A stretch of 32,000 nt of DNA from Geobacter metallireducens GS-15 (GCF_000012925.1 NC_007517.1:720001-752000), one strand, 5' to 3'. Shown: positions 1 through 9,296, counted from the first letter of the stretch. A program made the numbers and translations. Notes: generated from the letters alone by a model not told the origin.

Positions 1-301
1 CCAGTTCCCGCAGATTCGCTGCCATGGCTTCCGTGTCACGCTCCCGCTGGGCCACTTCCAGGCGAAGGTCATCATCGTCAAGCCGTGCCACCACCTGCCC
101 CGCCTTCACCAGCTCACCCTCGTCAACGAGCCGCTCCCGTACCCGCCCAGGAATCTTGAAGCTCACCTCCACCTCGGTCAACTCGATGGTTCCTGAAACG
201 GCAACGGTGCTGCTGTCGTTCCCCGTGCGGCGGGTGACGAACCAGGCAATGGCCGCGACGGCCAGAAGCAGGATGGCGATCAGGGCTACCTTTTTCTTCA
301 T
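1..301 (-). CDS. HlyD-family periplasmic adaptor / membrane-fusion protein, N-terminal part (gene runs off the left edge)
   Basis: Own translation of the minus strand from ATG at 299-301, with GGAGG just upstream: MKKKVALIAILLLAVAAIAWFVTRRTGNDSSTVAVSGTIELTEVEVSFKIPGRVRERLVDEGELVKAGQVVARLDDDDLRLEVAQRE... This shows a signal-anchor helix followed by the G.IE..V.VS.K..GRV..L.V.EG..VK.GQ..A.LD pattern typical of HlyD/RND adaptors. It is absent from the ORF track because the window edge truncates it. Confidence 0.6.
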   Translation of the reverse strand, partial: MKKKVALIAILLLAVAAIAWFVTRRTGNDSSTVAVSGTIELTEVEVSFKIPGRVRERLVDEGELVKAGQVVARLDDDDLRLEVAQRERDTEAMAANLREL

Positions 302-407
302 GGATGATCCTCCGGAGCGGTGTGGCGCCCGCGGGCGCGTCAGCATCTATTGTGGCACCGTGGTGGGCATTGTAAAGGATGGCGGAGGGGAACGCCAGCC
401 CCTCCCT

Positions 408-423
408 TGGAACGGTTTATGCT
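408..423 (+). promoter_or_regulatory. Candidate sigma54 (-24/-12) promoter upstream of the ANTAR response regulator
   Basis: TGGAAC-GGTTT-ATGCT has the correct GG-N10-GC spacing. The predicted transcription start (TSS, ~433-435) leaves almost no leader before the ATG at 438, so either the promoter call or the annotated start is uncertain. Confidence 0.35.
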
Positions 424-437
424 GAAAGCCAAGGAGT

Positions 438-1046
438 ATGGAGGAGATTGCAGGTAAAAACATCAATAAGGCGGTGATTTCATTGAGAAGTGTTCTCGTG
501 TGCGATGATGAGCCGATTATCAGGATGAGCCTAAAAAATAAGCTCAAGGAGTTGGGCTTCGATGAAATCCGGGAGTGCGGGGACGGGGAGCAGGCTGTTG
601 CGACGGCGCTGGCCACCATGCCCGACATCATTATCCTCGATGTCTCGATGCCCAAGAAGGACGGGATCACGGCGGCCCGGGAAATCCGGCAGCGGCTGAA
701 GATCCCGATTATCCTCCTGACGGCCTGTTGTGACCCTGATACGGTCAGGCGGGCCAAGGAGAGCGGCATTGGCGGCTTTCTGGCCAAGCCGTTACGGGAG
801 CAGGACCTCTGGCCCGCCATTGAACTTGCCTGTGCCCATGCCGACGAGGTGGAAACTCTCAAGGAAGAGGTGGAGGACCTGAAGGAAATCCTGGAGAGCC
901 GCAAGGTTATCGAGAAGGCCAAGGGGGTCCTGATGCGGAACCAGGGGCTTTCGGAGCCCGAGGCGTTCCGCAGGATGCAGAAGCTGGCCATGGATAAGCG
1001 CAAGAGCATGCGGCAGATCGCCGAGGCGATTTTGCTTACGGAATAA
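438..1046 (+). CDS. Response regulator with an N-terminal receiver domain and C-terminal ANTAR RNA-binding domain (GnfR-like antiterminator)
   Basis: 202 aa. Receiver motifs are VLVCDDEP, ILDVSMPKKDG and AKP. The C-terminus is a coiled coil followed by ESRKVIEKAKGVLMRNQGLSEPEAFRRMQKLAMDKRKSMRQIAEAIL, a typical ANTAR sequence. AAGGAG ribosome-binding site (RBS) at 430-435. Confidence 0.9.
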   Translation: MEEIAGKNINKAVISLRSVLVCDDEPIIRMSLKNKLKELGFDEIRECGDGEQAVATALATMPDIIILDVSMPKKDGITAAREIRQRLKIPIILLTACCDPDTVRRAKESGIGGFLAKPLREQDLWPAIELACAHADEVETLKEEVEDLKEILESRKVIEKAKGVLMRNQGLSEPEAFRRMQKLAMDKRKSMRQIAEAILLTE

Positions 1047-1080
1047 AAAGGGGCGCCTCCCGCGAGGGGGCGCCCCTTTC
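1046..1080. terminator. Bidirectional intrinsic terminator between the convergent response regulator gene and carB
   Basis: AAAA-GGGGCGCC-tCCCgcgaGGG-GGCGCCCC-TTT. There is a T run on both strands, and it is stronger on the minus strand (TTTTTAT) that serves carB. Confidence 0.7.
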
Positions 1081-1122
1081 GTACGACTATTGTGTGGCGG
1101 AACTGAAGGGTAACGGTTCCCC

Positions 1123-4100
1123 TCAGCGGATGCCTGCGTGGTACTCCTGCAGGCTCATGACCGGTTCCTTGCCGTTGCGGCGGGCCGCGATCCCCTCGGC
1201 GGCGGCTACGGCGGCGGCCACGGTGGTGATGTGGGGGATCTTGTTGGCGATGGCGGCCTTGCGTATGTAGGAGTCGTCATGGGCGCTCTGCTTGCCGGCA
1301 GGAGTGTTGACTACCAGATGGATCTCCCGGTTCTTGATGGCGTCCACCAGGTTGGGGCGCCCCTCGTGAAGCTTGGTGACCGGCGTCGCGGCGATGCCGT
1401 GGCCGGCCAGGAACCGGCAGGTTCCTTCCGTGGCCCGGATGGTGAAGCCCAGTTCCGCGAAGCGGCGGGCCGCCGCCAGGGCACCCTCCTTGTCCCGGTC
1501 GGCGATGGTGAAGAGGACCGAACCGGAGAGGGGGAGTTGGGCGTTGGCCCCTTCCTGTGCCTTGTAGAAGGCGAGGCCGTAATTGCCCGCCAGCCCCAGC
1601 ACCTCGCCGGTGGAGCGCATCTCCGGGCCGAGCACCGGGTCCACCTCCGGGAACATGGGGAAGGGGAAGACCGCCTCCTTGACCCCGAAGTGGGGGAAGG
1701 TGCGGCGGGCGAGCCCCATATCCTTCAGCTTCGCCCCGAGCATGACCTGCACGGCGATGCGGGGCATGGGGATGTTGCAGACCTTGGAGACCAGGGGGAC
1801 GGTGCGGCTTGCCCGGGGGTTCGCCTCCAGGATGTAGACGGTGTTGTCAGCGATGGCGTACTGGATGTTCATGAGCCCCACCACCCCCATGGCCACAGCG
1901 ATCTTGCGGGTGTACTCATCAATCGTATCGATGTGTTTTTGGGGAATGCTGACCGGGGGGATGACGCAGGCCGAGTCCCCCGAGTGGACTCCAGCCAGTT
2001 CGATATGCTCCATGACCGCCGGCACGAAGGCGTCGGTCCCGTCGCTGATGGCGTCTGCCTCGGCCTCGATGGCGTTCTCCAGGAACCGGTCGATGAGGAT
2101 CGGTCGCTCCGGGGAGACATCCACGGCTTTGGTGACGTACTCCCGGAGCATCTCCTCGTCGTGGACCACCTCCATGGCTCTGCCCCCCAGTACGTAGGAG
2201 GGGCGCACCATGAGGGGGTAGTCGATCCGGCCCGCAACGGCCAGGGCCTCATCCAGGGTGCTTGCCATCCCCGATTCGGGCTGGGGTATCCCCAGCTCCG
2301 TCATCACCCTGGCGAAGCGCTGCCGGTCCTCGGCCAGGTCGATGGTCTCCGGCGTGGTGCCGATGATTCGCACTCCGGCCGCCTCCAGTTCGACGGCGAT
2401 GTTGAGGGGGGTCTGCCCCCCGAACTGGACCACCACCCCTTCGGGCTTCTCCTTGGCATGGATGGAGAGGACATCCTCCACGGTGAGGGGCTCGAAGTAG
2501 AGCTTGTCCGAGGTGTCGTAGTCGGTGGAGACCGTCTCCGGGTTGCAGTTGACCATGATGGTCTCGTAACCGGCCTCCCGCAGGGCTAAGGCGGTGTGGA
2601 CGCAGCAGTAGTCGAACTCGATCCCCTGGCCGATCCGGTTGGGGCCGCCCCCCAGCACCATGATCTTCTTCCGGTCGCTGACCGGCACCGTGTCCGGCGC
2701 GTTGTAGGTGGAGAAGTAGTAGGCGGCGTTTTCCACGCCGCTGACCGGCACCGCTTCCCACGCCTCGGTAAGCCCCAGGGCGAGGCGCTTTTCGCGGACT
2801 TGGGTTTCCGGGATCTCCAAAAGCTTCGCTAGGTAGCGGTCCGCAAAGCCGTCCCGCTTGGCCTGGAGGAGCAGTTCGTCCGGGGGGAGGCTCCCCCGGT
2901 GCCGGAGGATCTCCTCCTCCAGTTCCACCAGCTCCTTCATCTGCTGCAGGAACCAGAGCTTGATATGGGTCAGCTGGTGGAGCTGGTCCAGGTCGGCCCC
3001 CTTGCGGATGGCCTCGTAGAGGATGAACTGACGCTCACTGGATGGCTCGGCCAGCATCTCCAGGAGCTTGGGGAGCGATGTGGCGTTGAAGTCCCGGGCA
3101 AAGCCGAGGCCGTGGCGGCCGATCTCCAGTGAGCGGATCGCCTTCTGGAGCGCCTCCTTGTAGTTCTTGCCGATGCTCATGACTTCGCCCACGGCCCGCA
3201 TCTGGGTGCCGAGCTTGTCCTCGACCCCCTTGAACTTCTCGAAGGCCCAGCGGGCGAACTTCACCACCACGTAGTCGCCGCTCGGGGTGTACTTTTCCAG
3301 GGAGCCGTCCCGCCAGTAGGGGATTTCGTCCAGGGTAAGCCCCGCGGCCAGGAGCGATGACACCATGGCAATGGGGAACCCGGTGGCCTTGGAGGCCAGG
3401 GCCGAGGAGCGGGAGGTGCGGGGGTTGATCTCGATGACCACCACCCGCCCGGTTTTGGGGTCGTGGGCGAACTGGACGTTGGTGCCGCCGATCACCTCGA
3501 TGGCGTCGACGATCCGGTAGGCGTAGTCCTGGAGCCGGGCCTGGAGTTCAGAAGAGATGGTGAGCATTGGGGCCGTGCAGTAGGAGTCGCCAGTGTGAAC
3601 CCCCATGGCGTCCACGTTCTCGATGAAACAGACGGTGATCTTCTGGTTTTTGGCGTCCCGCACCACCTCCAGCTCCAGCTCCTCCCACCCCAGCACCGAT
3701 TCCTCCACGAGGATCTGGCTCACCGGGCTGGCGGCGAGTCCCCGAGCAACGATGGTCCGGAACTCCTCCATGTTGTAGGCGAAGCCGCCGCCGGTCCCCC
3801 CCATGGTGTAGGCGGGGCGGATCACCACCGGCAGCCCGATGCGGGACACCACGTCCAGGGCCCCTTCCATGGTTGTGGCAATCTCGCTCCGTGCGGTCTC
3901 GATGCCCAACCGCGTCATGGTCTCCTTGAAAGTTTCACGGTCTTCCCCCCGCTTGATGGCGTCGAGGTTGACGCCGATGACCCTGACCCCGTACCGGTCC
4001 AGCACCCCCGCCTGGGCCAGGGCCGACGAGAGGTTGAGACCGGTCTGGCCACCCAGGTTGGGGAGGAGGGCGTCGGGGCGCTCCTTGCGGATGATCTCGG

Positions 4101-4323
4101 TCAGGGTGTCCACATTGAGGGGTTCGATATAGGTGGCGTCGGCCATGCCGGGGTCGGTCATGATGGTGGCGGGGTTGGAGTTCACCAGCACGATCCGGTA
4201 GCCGAGCTTGCGCAGGGCCTTGCAGGCCTGGGTGCCGGAGTAGTCGAACTCGCAAGCCTGGCCGATGATGATGGGGCCGGAACCGATGATGAGAACCTTT
4301 TTGACGTCGTCGCGCCTGGGCAT
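1123..4323 (-). CDS. carB: Carbamoyl-phosphate synthase large subunit
   Basis: 1066 aa. The N-terminus MPRRDDVKKVLIIGSGPIIIGQACEFDYSGTQACKAL, the duplicated ATP-grasp halves and the MGS-like C-terminus are unmistakably CarB. Confidence 0.97.
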   Translation of the reverse strand: MPRRDDVKKVLIIGSGPIIIGQACEFDYSGTQACKALRKLGYRIVLVNSNPATIMTDPGMADATYIEPLNVDTLTEIIRKERPDALLPNLGGQTGLNLSSALAQAGVLDRYGVRVIGVNLDAIKRGEDRETFKETMTRLGIETARSEIATTMEGALDVVSRIGLPVVIRPAYTMGGTGGGFAYNMEEFRTIVARGLAASPVSQILVEESVLGWEELELEVVRDAKNQKITVCFIENVDAMGVHTGDSYCTAPMLTISSELQARLQDYAYRIVDAIEVIGGTNVQFAHDPKTGRVVVIEINPRTSRSSALASKATGFPIAMVSSLLAAGLTLDEIPYWRDGSLEKYTPSGDYVVVKFARWAFEKFKGVEDKLGTQMRAVGEVMSIGKNYKEALQKAIRSLEIGRHGLGFARDFNATSLPKLLEMLAEPSSERQFILYEAIRKGADLDQLHQLTHIKLWFLQQMKELVELEEEILRHRGSLPPDELLLQAKRDGFADRYLAKLLEIPETQVREKRLALGLTEAWEAVPVSGVENAAYYFSTYNAPDTVPVSDRKKIMVLGGGPNRIGQGIEFDYCCVHTALALREAGYETIMVNCNPETVSTDYDTSDKLYFEPLTVEDVLSIHAKEKPEGVVVQFGGQTPLNIAVELEAAGVRIIGTTPETIDLAEDRQRFARVMTELGIPQPESGMASTLDEALAVAGRIDYPLMVRPSYVLGGRAMEVVHDEEMLREYVTKAVDVSPERPILIDRFLENAIEAEADAISDGTDAFVPAVMEHIELAGVHSGDSACVIPPVSIPQKHIDTIDEYTRKIAVAMGVVGLMNIQYAIADNTVYILEANPRASRTVPLVSKVCNIPMPRIAVQVMLGAKLKDMGLARRTFPHFGVKEAVFPFPMFPEVDPVLGPEMRSTGEVLGLAGNYGLAFYKAQEGANAQLPLSGSVLFTIADRDKEGALAAARRFAELGFTIRATEGTCRFLAGHGIAATPVTKLHEGRPNLVDAIKNREIHLVVNTPAGKQSAHDDSYIRKAAIANKIPHITTVAAAVAAAEGIAARRNGKEPVMSLQEYHAGIR

Positions 4324-4589
4324 GTTTCCTCCTTGCCTGGAAAATGTGCATGAGTGAAAAATAATTGGGCAACTATCGCAAAAAAAGGAGGCAGCTGCAA
4401 GAGGTGAATACTTTACTCCTCAGCGCCAGGATGATACCGGGCCCTCGGCCTCCATTGCCATGGAGTCGAGGGCTTGTCATCGGAGGGGATTCCTTGCTTG
4501 TGCGATGGCTATTCCTTGAGCATGTGAACAGGAAAGAGGCGTGCATTAGGAGGGGGAAGGAGCAAAGTCAAGTAATTACAATGGGTTGA

Positions 4590-5627
<1,038 letters not shown>

Positions 5628-5801
5628 CGAACGCTTTTGGGCCATCTCGGCGTTTCCTGCGTCATCGCTTGTGCGACGTGGCGCGGCCACGCCTCCGCGC
5701 TCTTCCTTGGAAGCCGCCGACCTGACCTCGAAATCGTTCGCCAGTAGGTTTAACCCATTATATGTAAGGGTGCTGCTTCCTGTGCCCTTCAAGGAGCTTT
5801 T

Positions 5802-7247
5802 ATGTCAAAGGCAATCAGAAATATTGACGGGATAACCAAGGCGTCGACCCAGGAGATGATCGACAAGGTCTTGGAGGTCTATCCGGAAAAGGGGCGGAAG
5901 AAGCGGGCGCCCCACCTGGCTCCCAACGACCAGGCGAGTTGCAGCGCTTGCGTCAAATCCAACAAAAAGACAGTGCCCGGCGTCATGAGTGCCCGGGGCT
6001 GCGCCTATGCCGGCGCCAAGGGAGTTGTCTGGGGGCCGATCCGCGACATGGTCCACGTCTCCCACGGCCCGGTGGGGTGCGGCTGGTACTCCTGGGGAAC
6101 CCGGCGCAACCTCATGTCCGGCAAGCTGGGAGTCGACCAGTTCGGCATGCAGTTCACCTCCGACTTTCAGGAGAAGGACATCGTCTACGGCGGCGACAAG
6201 AAACTGAAGGTGCTGCTCAAGGAGGCGAAGGAGCTCTTCCCCCTGGCCAAGGGGATCTCGGTCCTCTCCGAGTGCCCGGTGGGGCTCATCGGCGACGATA
6301 TCAACGCCGTGGCCAAGACGAGTGCCAAGGAGCTGGACATCCCGATCATCCCCTGCAACTGCGAGGGGTTCCGGGGGGTCTCCCAGTCCCTGGGGCACCA
6401 TATCTCCAACGACACCATCCGCGACTACATCATCGAGACCCGCGAGTTCGCCGAGCCCGTGGGCCCCTACGACATCGCCCTCATCGGCGAGTACAACATC
6501 GGCGGGGACGCCTGGTCCACAAAGCCCCTGCTGGAGGAGTGCGGCTTCAACGTCAAGGCGGTCTGGACCGGCGACGGCGAGATGGAGAAGATCGCCGCCA
6601 CCCATCAGGTGCGGCTCAACGTCATCCACTGCTACCGTTCCATGAACTACATGTGCAAGGTGATGGAAGAAAAGTATGGCATTCCCTGGATCGAGCTGAA
6701 CTTTTTCGGACCCACCAAGATCCGGGAATCGCTCCGCAAGCTGGCCGAGCTCTTTGACGACACCATCAAGGAGAAGGTGGAGGCGGTCATCGCCAAGTAC
6801 GATCCGCAGATGCAGGCGGTGATCGAGGAGGTCCGTCCCCGGCTCGAAGGGAAGAAGGTGATGCTCTATGTCGGCGGCCTCCGCCCGCGCCACACAATTG
6901 GCGCCTATGAGGATCTCGGGATGCTCTGTGTCGGCTCCGGCTACGAGTTCGCCCATACCGACGACTACGACCGGACCGCCCCGGAGATGCCCGATGCCAC
7001 CGTGGTCTACGACGACGCGTCCGAGTTGGAGATGGAACAGTTCGCCCACGTGCTGAAGCCCGACTTGGTCGCCTCCGGCATCAAGGAGAAATACGTCTTC
7101 CAGAAGATGGGGCTGCCGTTCCGCCAGATGCACAGCTGGGACTATTCCGGCCCGTACCACGGCTACAAGGGGTTCCCGATCTTTGCCAGAGACATCGATA
7201 TGGCAATTAACTCGCCGACGTGGAATTTGGTCAGAAGCCCTTATTAG
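5802..7247 (+). CDS. nifD: Nitrogenase MoFe protein alpha chain
   Basis: 481 aa. Contains [48 protein letters not shown] and [11 protein letters not shown]. Confidence 0.97.
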   Translation: MSKAIRNIDGITKASTQEMIDKVLEVYPEKGRKKRAPHLAPNDQASCSACVKSNKKTVPGVMSARGCAYAGAKGVVWGPIRDMVHVSHGPVGCGWYSWGTRRNLMSGKLGVDQFGMQFTSDFQEKDIVYGGDKKLKVLLKEAKELFPLAKGISVLSECPVGLIGDDINAVAKTSAKELDIPIIPCNCEGFRGVSQSLGHHISNDTIRDYIIETREFAEPVGPYDIALIGEYNIGGDAWSTKPLLEECGFNVKAVWTGDGEMEKIAATHQVRLNVIHCYRSMNYMCKVMEEKYGIPWIELNFFGPTKIRESLRKLAELFDDTIKEKVEAVIAKYDPQMQAVIEEVRPRLEGKKVMLYVGGLRPRHTIGAYEDLGMLCVGSGYEFAHTDDYDRTAPEMPDATVVYDDASELEMEQFAHVLKPDLVASGIKEKYVFQKMGLPFRQMHSWDYSGPYHGYKGFPIFARDIDMAINSPTWNLVRSPY

Positions 7248-7253
7248 TATTGA

Positions 7254-7333
7254 AACACAAGCAACTGAGCAACTGAGTAAGTTTAAAACACAATAAATTT
7301 TTGCTTTTCTCTGTTGCTCAGTTGCTCTGTGTT
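7254..7333. repeat. REP-like imperfect palindromic element in the nifD-nifK spacer
   Basis: Arms are AACACAAGCAACTGAGCAACTGAG (7254-7277) and CTCTGTTGCTCAGTTGCTCTGTGTT (7309-7333), giving ~22 paired positions around an AT-rich loop. Same family as the element at 16599-16691 plus 17852-17858. Confidence 0.7.
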
Positions 7334-7383
7334 GAAAATTTGCGACTGTGAACGGATGAGTTCCGGTCGAAAGGAGATATATC

Positions 7384-8853
7384 ATGGCAAACAATCTAGG
7401 GCTAGCTGTCAAGCCGGTGACCGAGACCCCCGTCGAGGAGATCGAGAGAGTCGCCGCCTGGATCAACACCGAGGAGTACAGGGACCTCAACTTCAAGCGG
7501 GAGGCGTTGGTGGTCGCGCCGCCCCATGCCTGCCAGCCCCTGGGGGCCGAACTGGCGGCCCACGCCTTCGAAGGAAGCCTCCCCTTCGTCCACGGCTCCC
7601 AGGGGTGCGCATCCTACTACCGCTCCACCCTGAACCGCCATTTCCGCGAACCTGCCCCGGCCGTCTCCGATTCCATGACCGAGGACGGCGCCGTGTTCGG
7701 CGGCCAGAACAACCTCCACGAGGGTCTGGAGAACGCCATTGCCCTCTACAAGCCGAAGATGGTCTCCATCTTTACCTCGTGCATGCCGGAGATCATTGGC
7801 GACGACCTGTCCGCGTTCATCAAGAATGCCCGCAACAAGGGGATCGTCCCTGCGGACATGCCGGTCCCCTATGCCAACACCCCGAGCTTCAGCGGCTCCC
7901 ACGTCCACGGCTACGACGCCATGCTCCTCTCCATCCTCCAGGCCCTGACCGAGGGGAAGAAGGTGGAGGGGCGCTGCACCGGCAAGATCAACCTGCTTCC
8001 CGGCTTTGACGCCAACACCGGCAACTTTAGGGAGTACAAGCGAATCTTCGAGGCTTTCGGCGTGCCGTACACCATCCTCGGCGACATCTCCGACGTCTTC
8101 GATTCGCCTCTGGACGGCACCTACCGCATCTATCCCGGCGGCACCAGGCTGGACGATGCTGCCGACTCCATCAACGGCAAGGCCACCATCAGCCTCGGCC
8201 CCTATTCGGCCACCAAGACCTATGCCTGGGCCAAGGACAACTATGCCGGCAAGCACACGGCGCTCCCCATGCCGCTGGGGATTGCCAAGACCGATGCCTT
8301 CCTCATGAAGATCGCCGAGGTCGCCGGCAAGCCGGTACCCGAGAGCTTCAAGGCCGAACGGGGGAGGGCGGTGGATGCCATGACCGACGCCCACCAGTAC
8401 ATGCACGGCAAGAAGTTCGCCCTCTACGGCGACCCGGACCAGCTCATCGGCTACGTCAGCTTCCTCTTGGAGATGGGGGCGGTGCCGTACCACATTCTCT
8501 GCAGCAAGGGGAGCAAGAAGGTGGAAAAGGAGATCCAGGCGCTCCTCGATTTGTCCCCGTACGGGAAGCAGGGGAAGATTTACATGGGCAAGGACCTCTG
8601 GCACATGAGGAGTCTCATCATGACCGACCCCGTGGACGCCATCATCGGGGACACCCACGGCAAGTTCATGGCCCGCGACGCGAAGATACCGCTGTTCCGC
8701 TTCGGCTTCCCTGTCCTTGACCGGGTGAACCTGCACCGCTACCCGATCATCGGCTACCAGGGGGTAATCAACATGGTGACGACCATCTGCAACAAATTTA
8801 TCGACATCACCGACGAGACTTGTGAGGATAGACAGTTTGAGATGATGCGCTAA
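7384..8853 (+). CDS. nifK: Nitrogenase MoFe protein beta chain
   Basis: 489 aa. Contains ACQPLGAELAAHAFEGSLPFVHGSQGCASYYRSTLNRHFREP. RBS AAAGGAG at 7371-7377. Confidence 0.97.
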   Translation: MANNLGLAVKPVTETPVEEIERVAAWINTEEYRDLNFKREALVVAPPHACQPLGAELAAHAFEGSLPFVHGSQGCASYYRSTLNRHFREPAPAVSDSMTEDGAVFGGQNNLHEGLENAIALYKPKMVSIFTSCMPEIIGDDLSAFIKNARNKGIVPADMPVPYANTPSFSGSHVHGYDAMLLSILQALTEGKKVEGRCTGKINLLPGFDANTGNFREYKRIFEAFGVPYTILGDISDVFDSPLDGTYRIYPGGTRLDDAADSINGKATISLGPYSATKTYAWAKDNYAGKHTALPMPLGIAKTDAFLMKIAEVAGKPVPESFKAERGRAVDAMTDAHQYMHGKKFALYGDPDQLIGYVSFLLEMGAVPYHILCSKGSKKVEKEIQALLDLSPYGKQGKIYMGKDLWHMRSLIMTDPVDAIIGDTHGKFMARDAKIPLFRFGFPVLDRVNLHRYPIIGYQGVINMVTTICNKFIDITDETCEDRQFEMMR

Positions 8854-8883
8854 CCGGCTGTAATTATTAAATATCGGTACGAA

Positions 8884-8944
8884 GGCCAGTGGCTATATTC
8901 TAGACGAAAATTTATAGAATACAGAGTCACTGGCCTTTTATTTA
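8884..8944 (+). terminator. Intrinsic terminator of the nifHDK operon
   Basis: GGCCAGTG...TATTCTA-loop-TAGAATA...CACTGGCC (8-bp and 7-bp stems with an internal loop) followed by TTTTATTTAT. Confidence 0.65.
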
Positions 8945-8950
8945 TGGTTC

Positions 8951-8981
8951 GGTGTACCTGGCGGTGTACTTCCGGGTGTAT
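8951..8981 (+). repeat. Three direct GGTGTAY repeats with a 12-nt period
   Basis: GGTGTAC at 8951 and 8963, GGTGTAT at 8975. Followed by a tandem GCGATGTC-GCGATGTC at 8996-9011. Confidence 0.5.
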
Positions 8982-9157
8982 CCAACGATTATCGTGCGAT
9001 GTCGCGATGTCTTGACGGCCGGCAGTTGTTGGAGTAGCTTGTATATCATTGATTGGGAACACCTTGGTAGATCGGATTGATCTCCCCTTTGCCCTGATGA
9101 TGGATTTTTTCGTGGCATGGATGCTTGTCGGAAACGAGGCCGCAATTGGTGGATCAA

Positions 9158-9202
9158 GCCGTTCGGGTCAGCGTGTAGCTGAACCGGACGGCTTTTCTGT
9201 TT
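9158..9202 (+). terminator. Orphan plus-strand intrinsic terminator with no preceding annotated gene
   Basis: GCCGTTCGGGTCAGC-gtgta-GCTGAACCGGACGGC (13 Watson-Crick pairs, 1 GU, 1 mismatch) followed by TTTTCTGTTT. The reverse complement has no T run, so the element is strand-specific. Confidence 0.6.
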
Positions 9203-9296
9203 GCTGACGGTGGTTGGGCGTTAATGTGATGACAAGAAAAATATCGACAGCTGTACGCGCTGCAGATTATGGAATCCGGGCACCGAGGTGTATCTA

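Noticed and set aside
352-368. Second sigma54-like motif TGGCAC-CGTGG-TGGGCA upstream of the regulator
   Set aside because: The GG to GC spacing is one nt too long (N11 instead of N10), and sigma54 tolerates spacing changes poorly. It is kept only as a fallback if the 408-423 motif is disproved.
24-425. 133-aa plus-strand ORF at the left edge
   Set aside because: It is the antisense shadow of the HlyD-type adaptor gene. The minus-strand frame has a clear RBS, a signal anchor and family motifs. The plus-strand product is a low-complexity Ser/Arg-rich sequence.
347-1009. 220-aa minus-strand ORF overlapping the response regulator gene
   Set aside because: It is antisense to a clearly recognisable REC-ANTAR protein. 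The translation is Ser/Arg/Leu-rich with no domain features, which is typical GC-rich shadow-frame output.
1138-4400. Numerous ORFs (for example 1138-2589 +, 3463-4353 +, 2249-2761 -, 3935-4372 -) inside carB
   Set aside because: All are alternative or antisense frames of carB with Gly/Arg/Pro/His-rich nonsense composition. carB fully explains the region.
4380-4425. Possible minus-strand attenuator in the carB leader (AGGAG...CTCCT followed by T7)
   Set aside because: Only 5 bp of stem around a 25-nt loop, which is too weak to call a terminator. The A7/T7 run may simply be part of the AT-rich motif region.
4365-4589. 74-aa ORF in the carB-nifH intergenic region, preceded by AGGAGG
   Set aside because: The AGGAGG is 12 nt from the nearest in-frame GTG. 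The peptide has no recognisable features. The ORF ends exactly at the nifH promoter, so it is most likely non-coding regulatory DNA.
5628-5801. Small hairpins in the nifH-nifD spacer (CGTGGC-gcg-GCCACG around 5678-5692; AAGGG...CCCTT before the nifD RBS)
   Set aside because: The stems are short with tiny or loose loops and no T tract. They may affect mRNA stability, but the evidence is too thin for a finding.
5805-7496. 563-aa minus-strand ORF and several plus-strand out-of-frame ORFs across nifD
   Set aside because: They are shadows of nifD with a repetitive Gly/Asp/Val/His-rich translation, and no independent start signals.
7402-8736. 444-aa minus-strand ORF and 7314-8009 plus-strand ORF across nifK
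   Set aside because: Shadow frames of nifK.
8850-9157. Two ~70-aa minus-strand ORFs in the AT-rich region after nifK
   Set aside because: No RBS, odd composition, and they run antisense through the nifK terminator and the repeat tract. Judged spurious.
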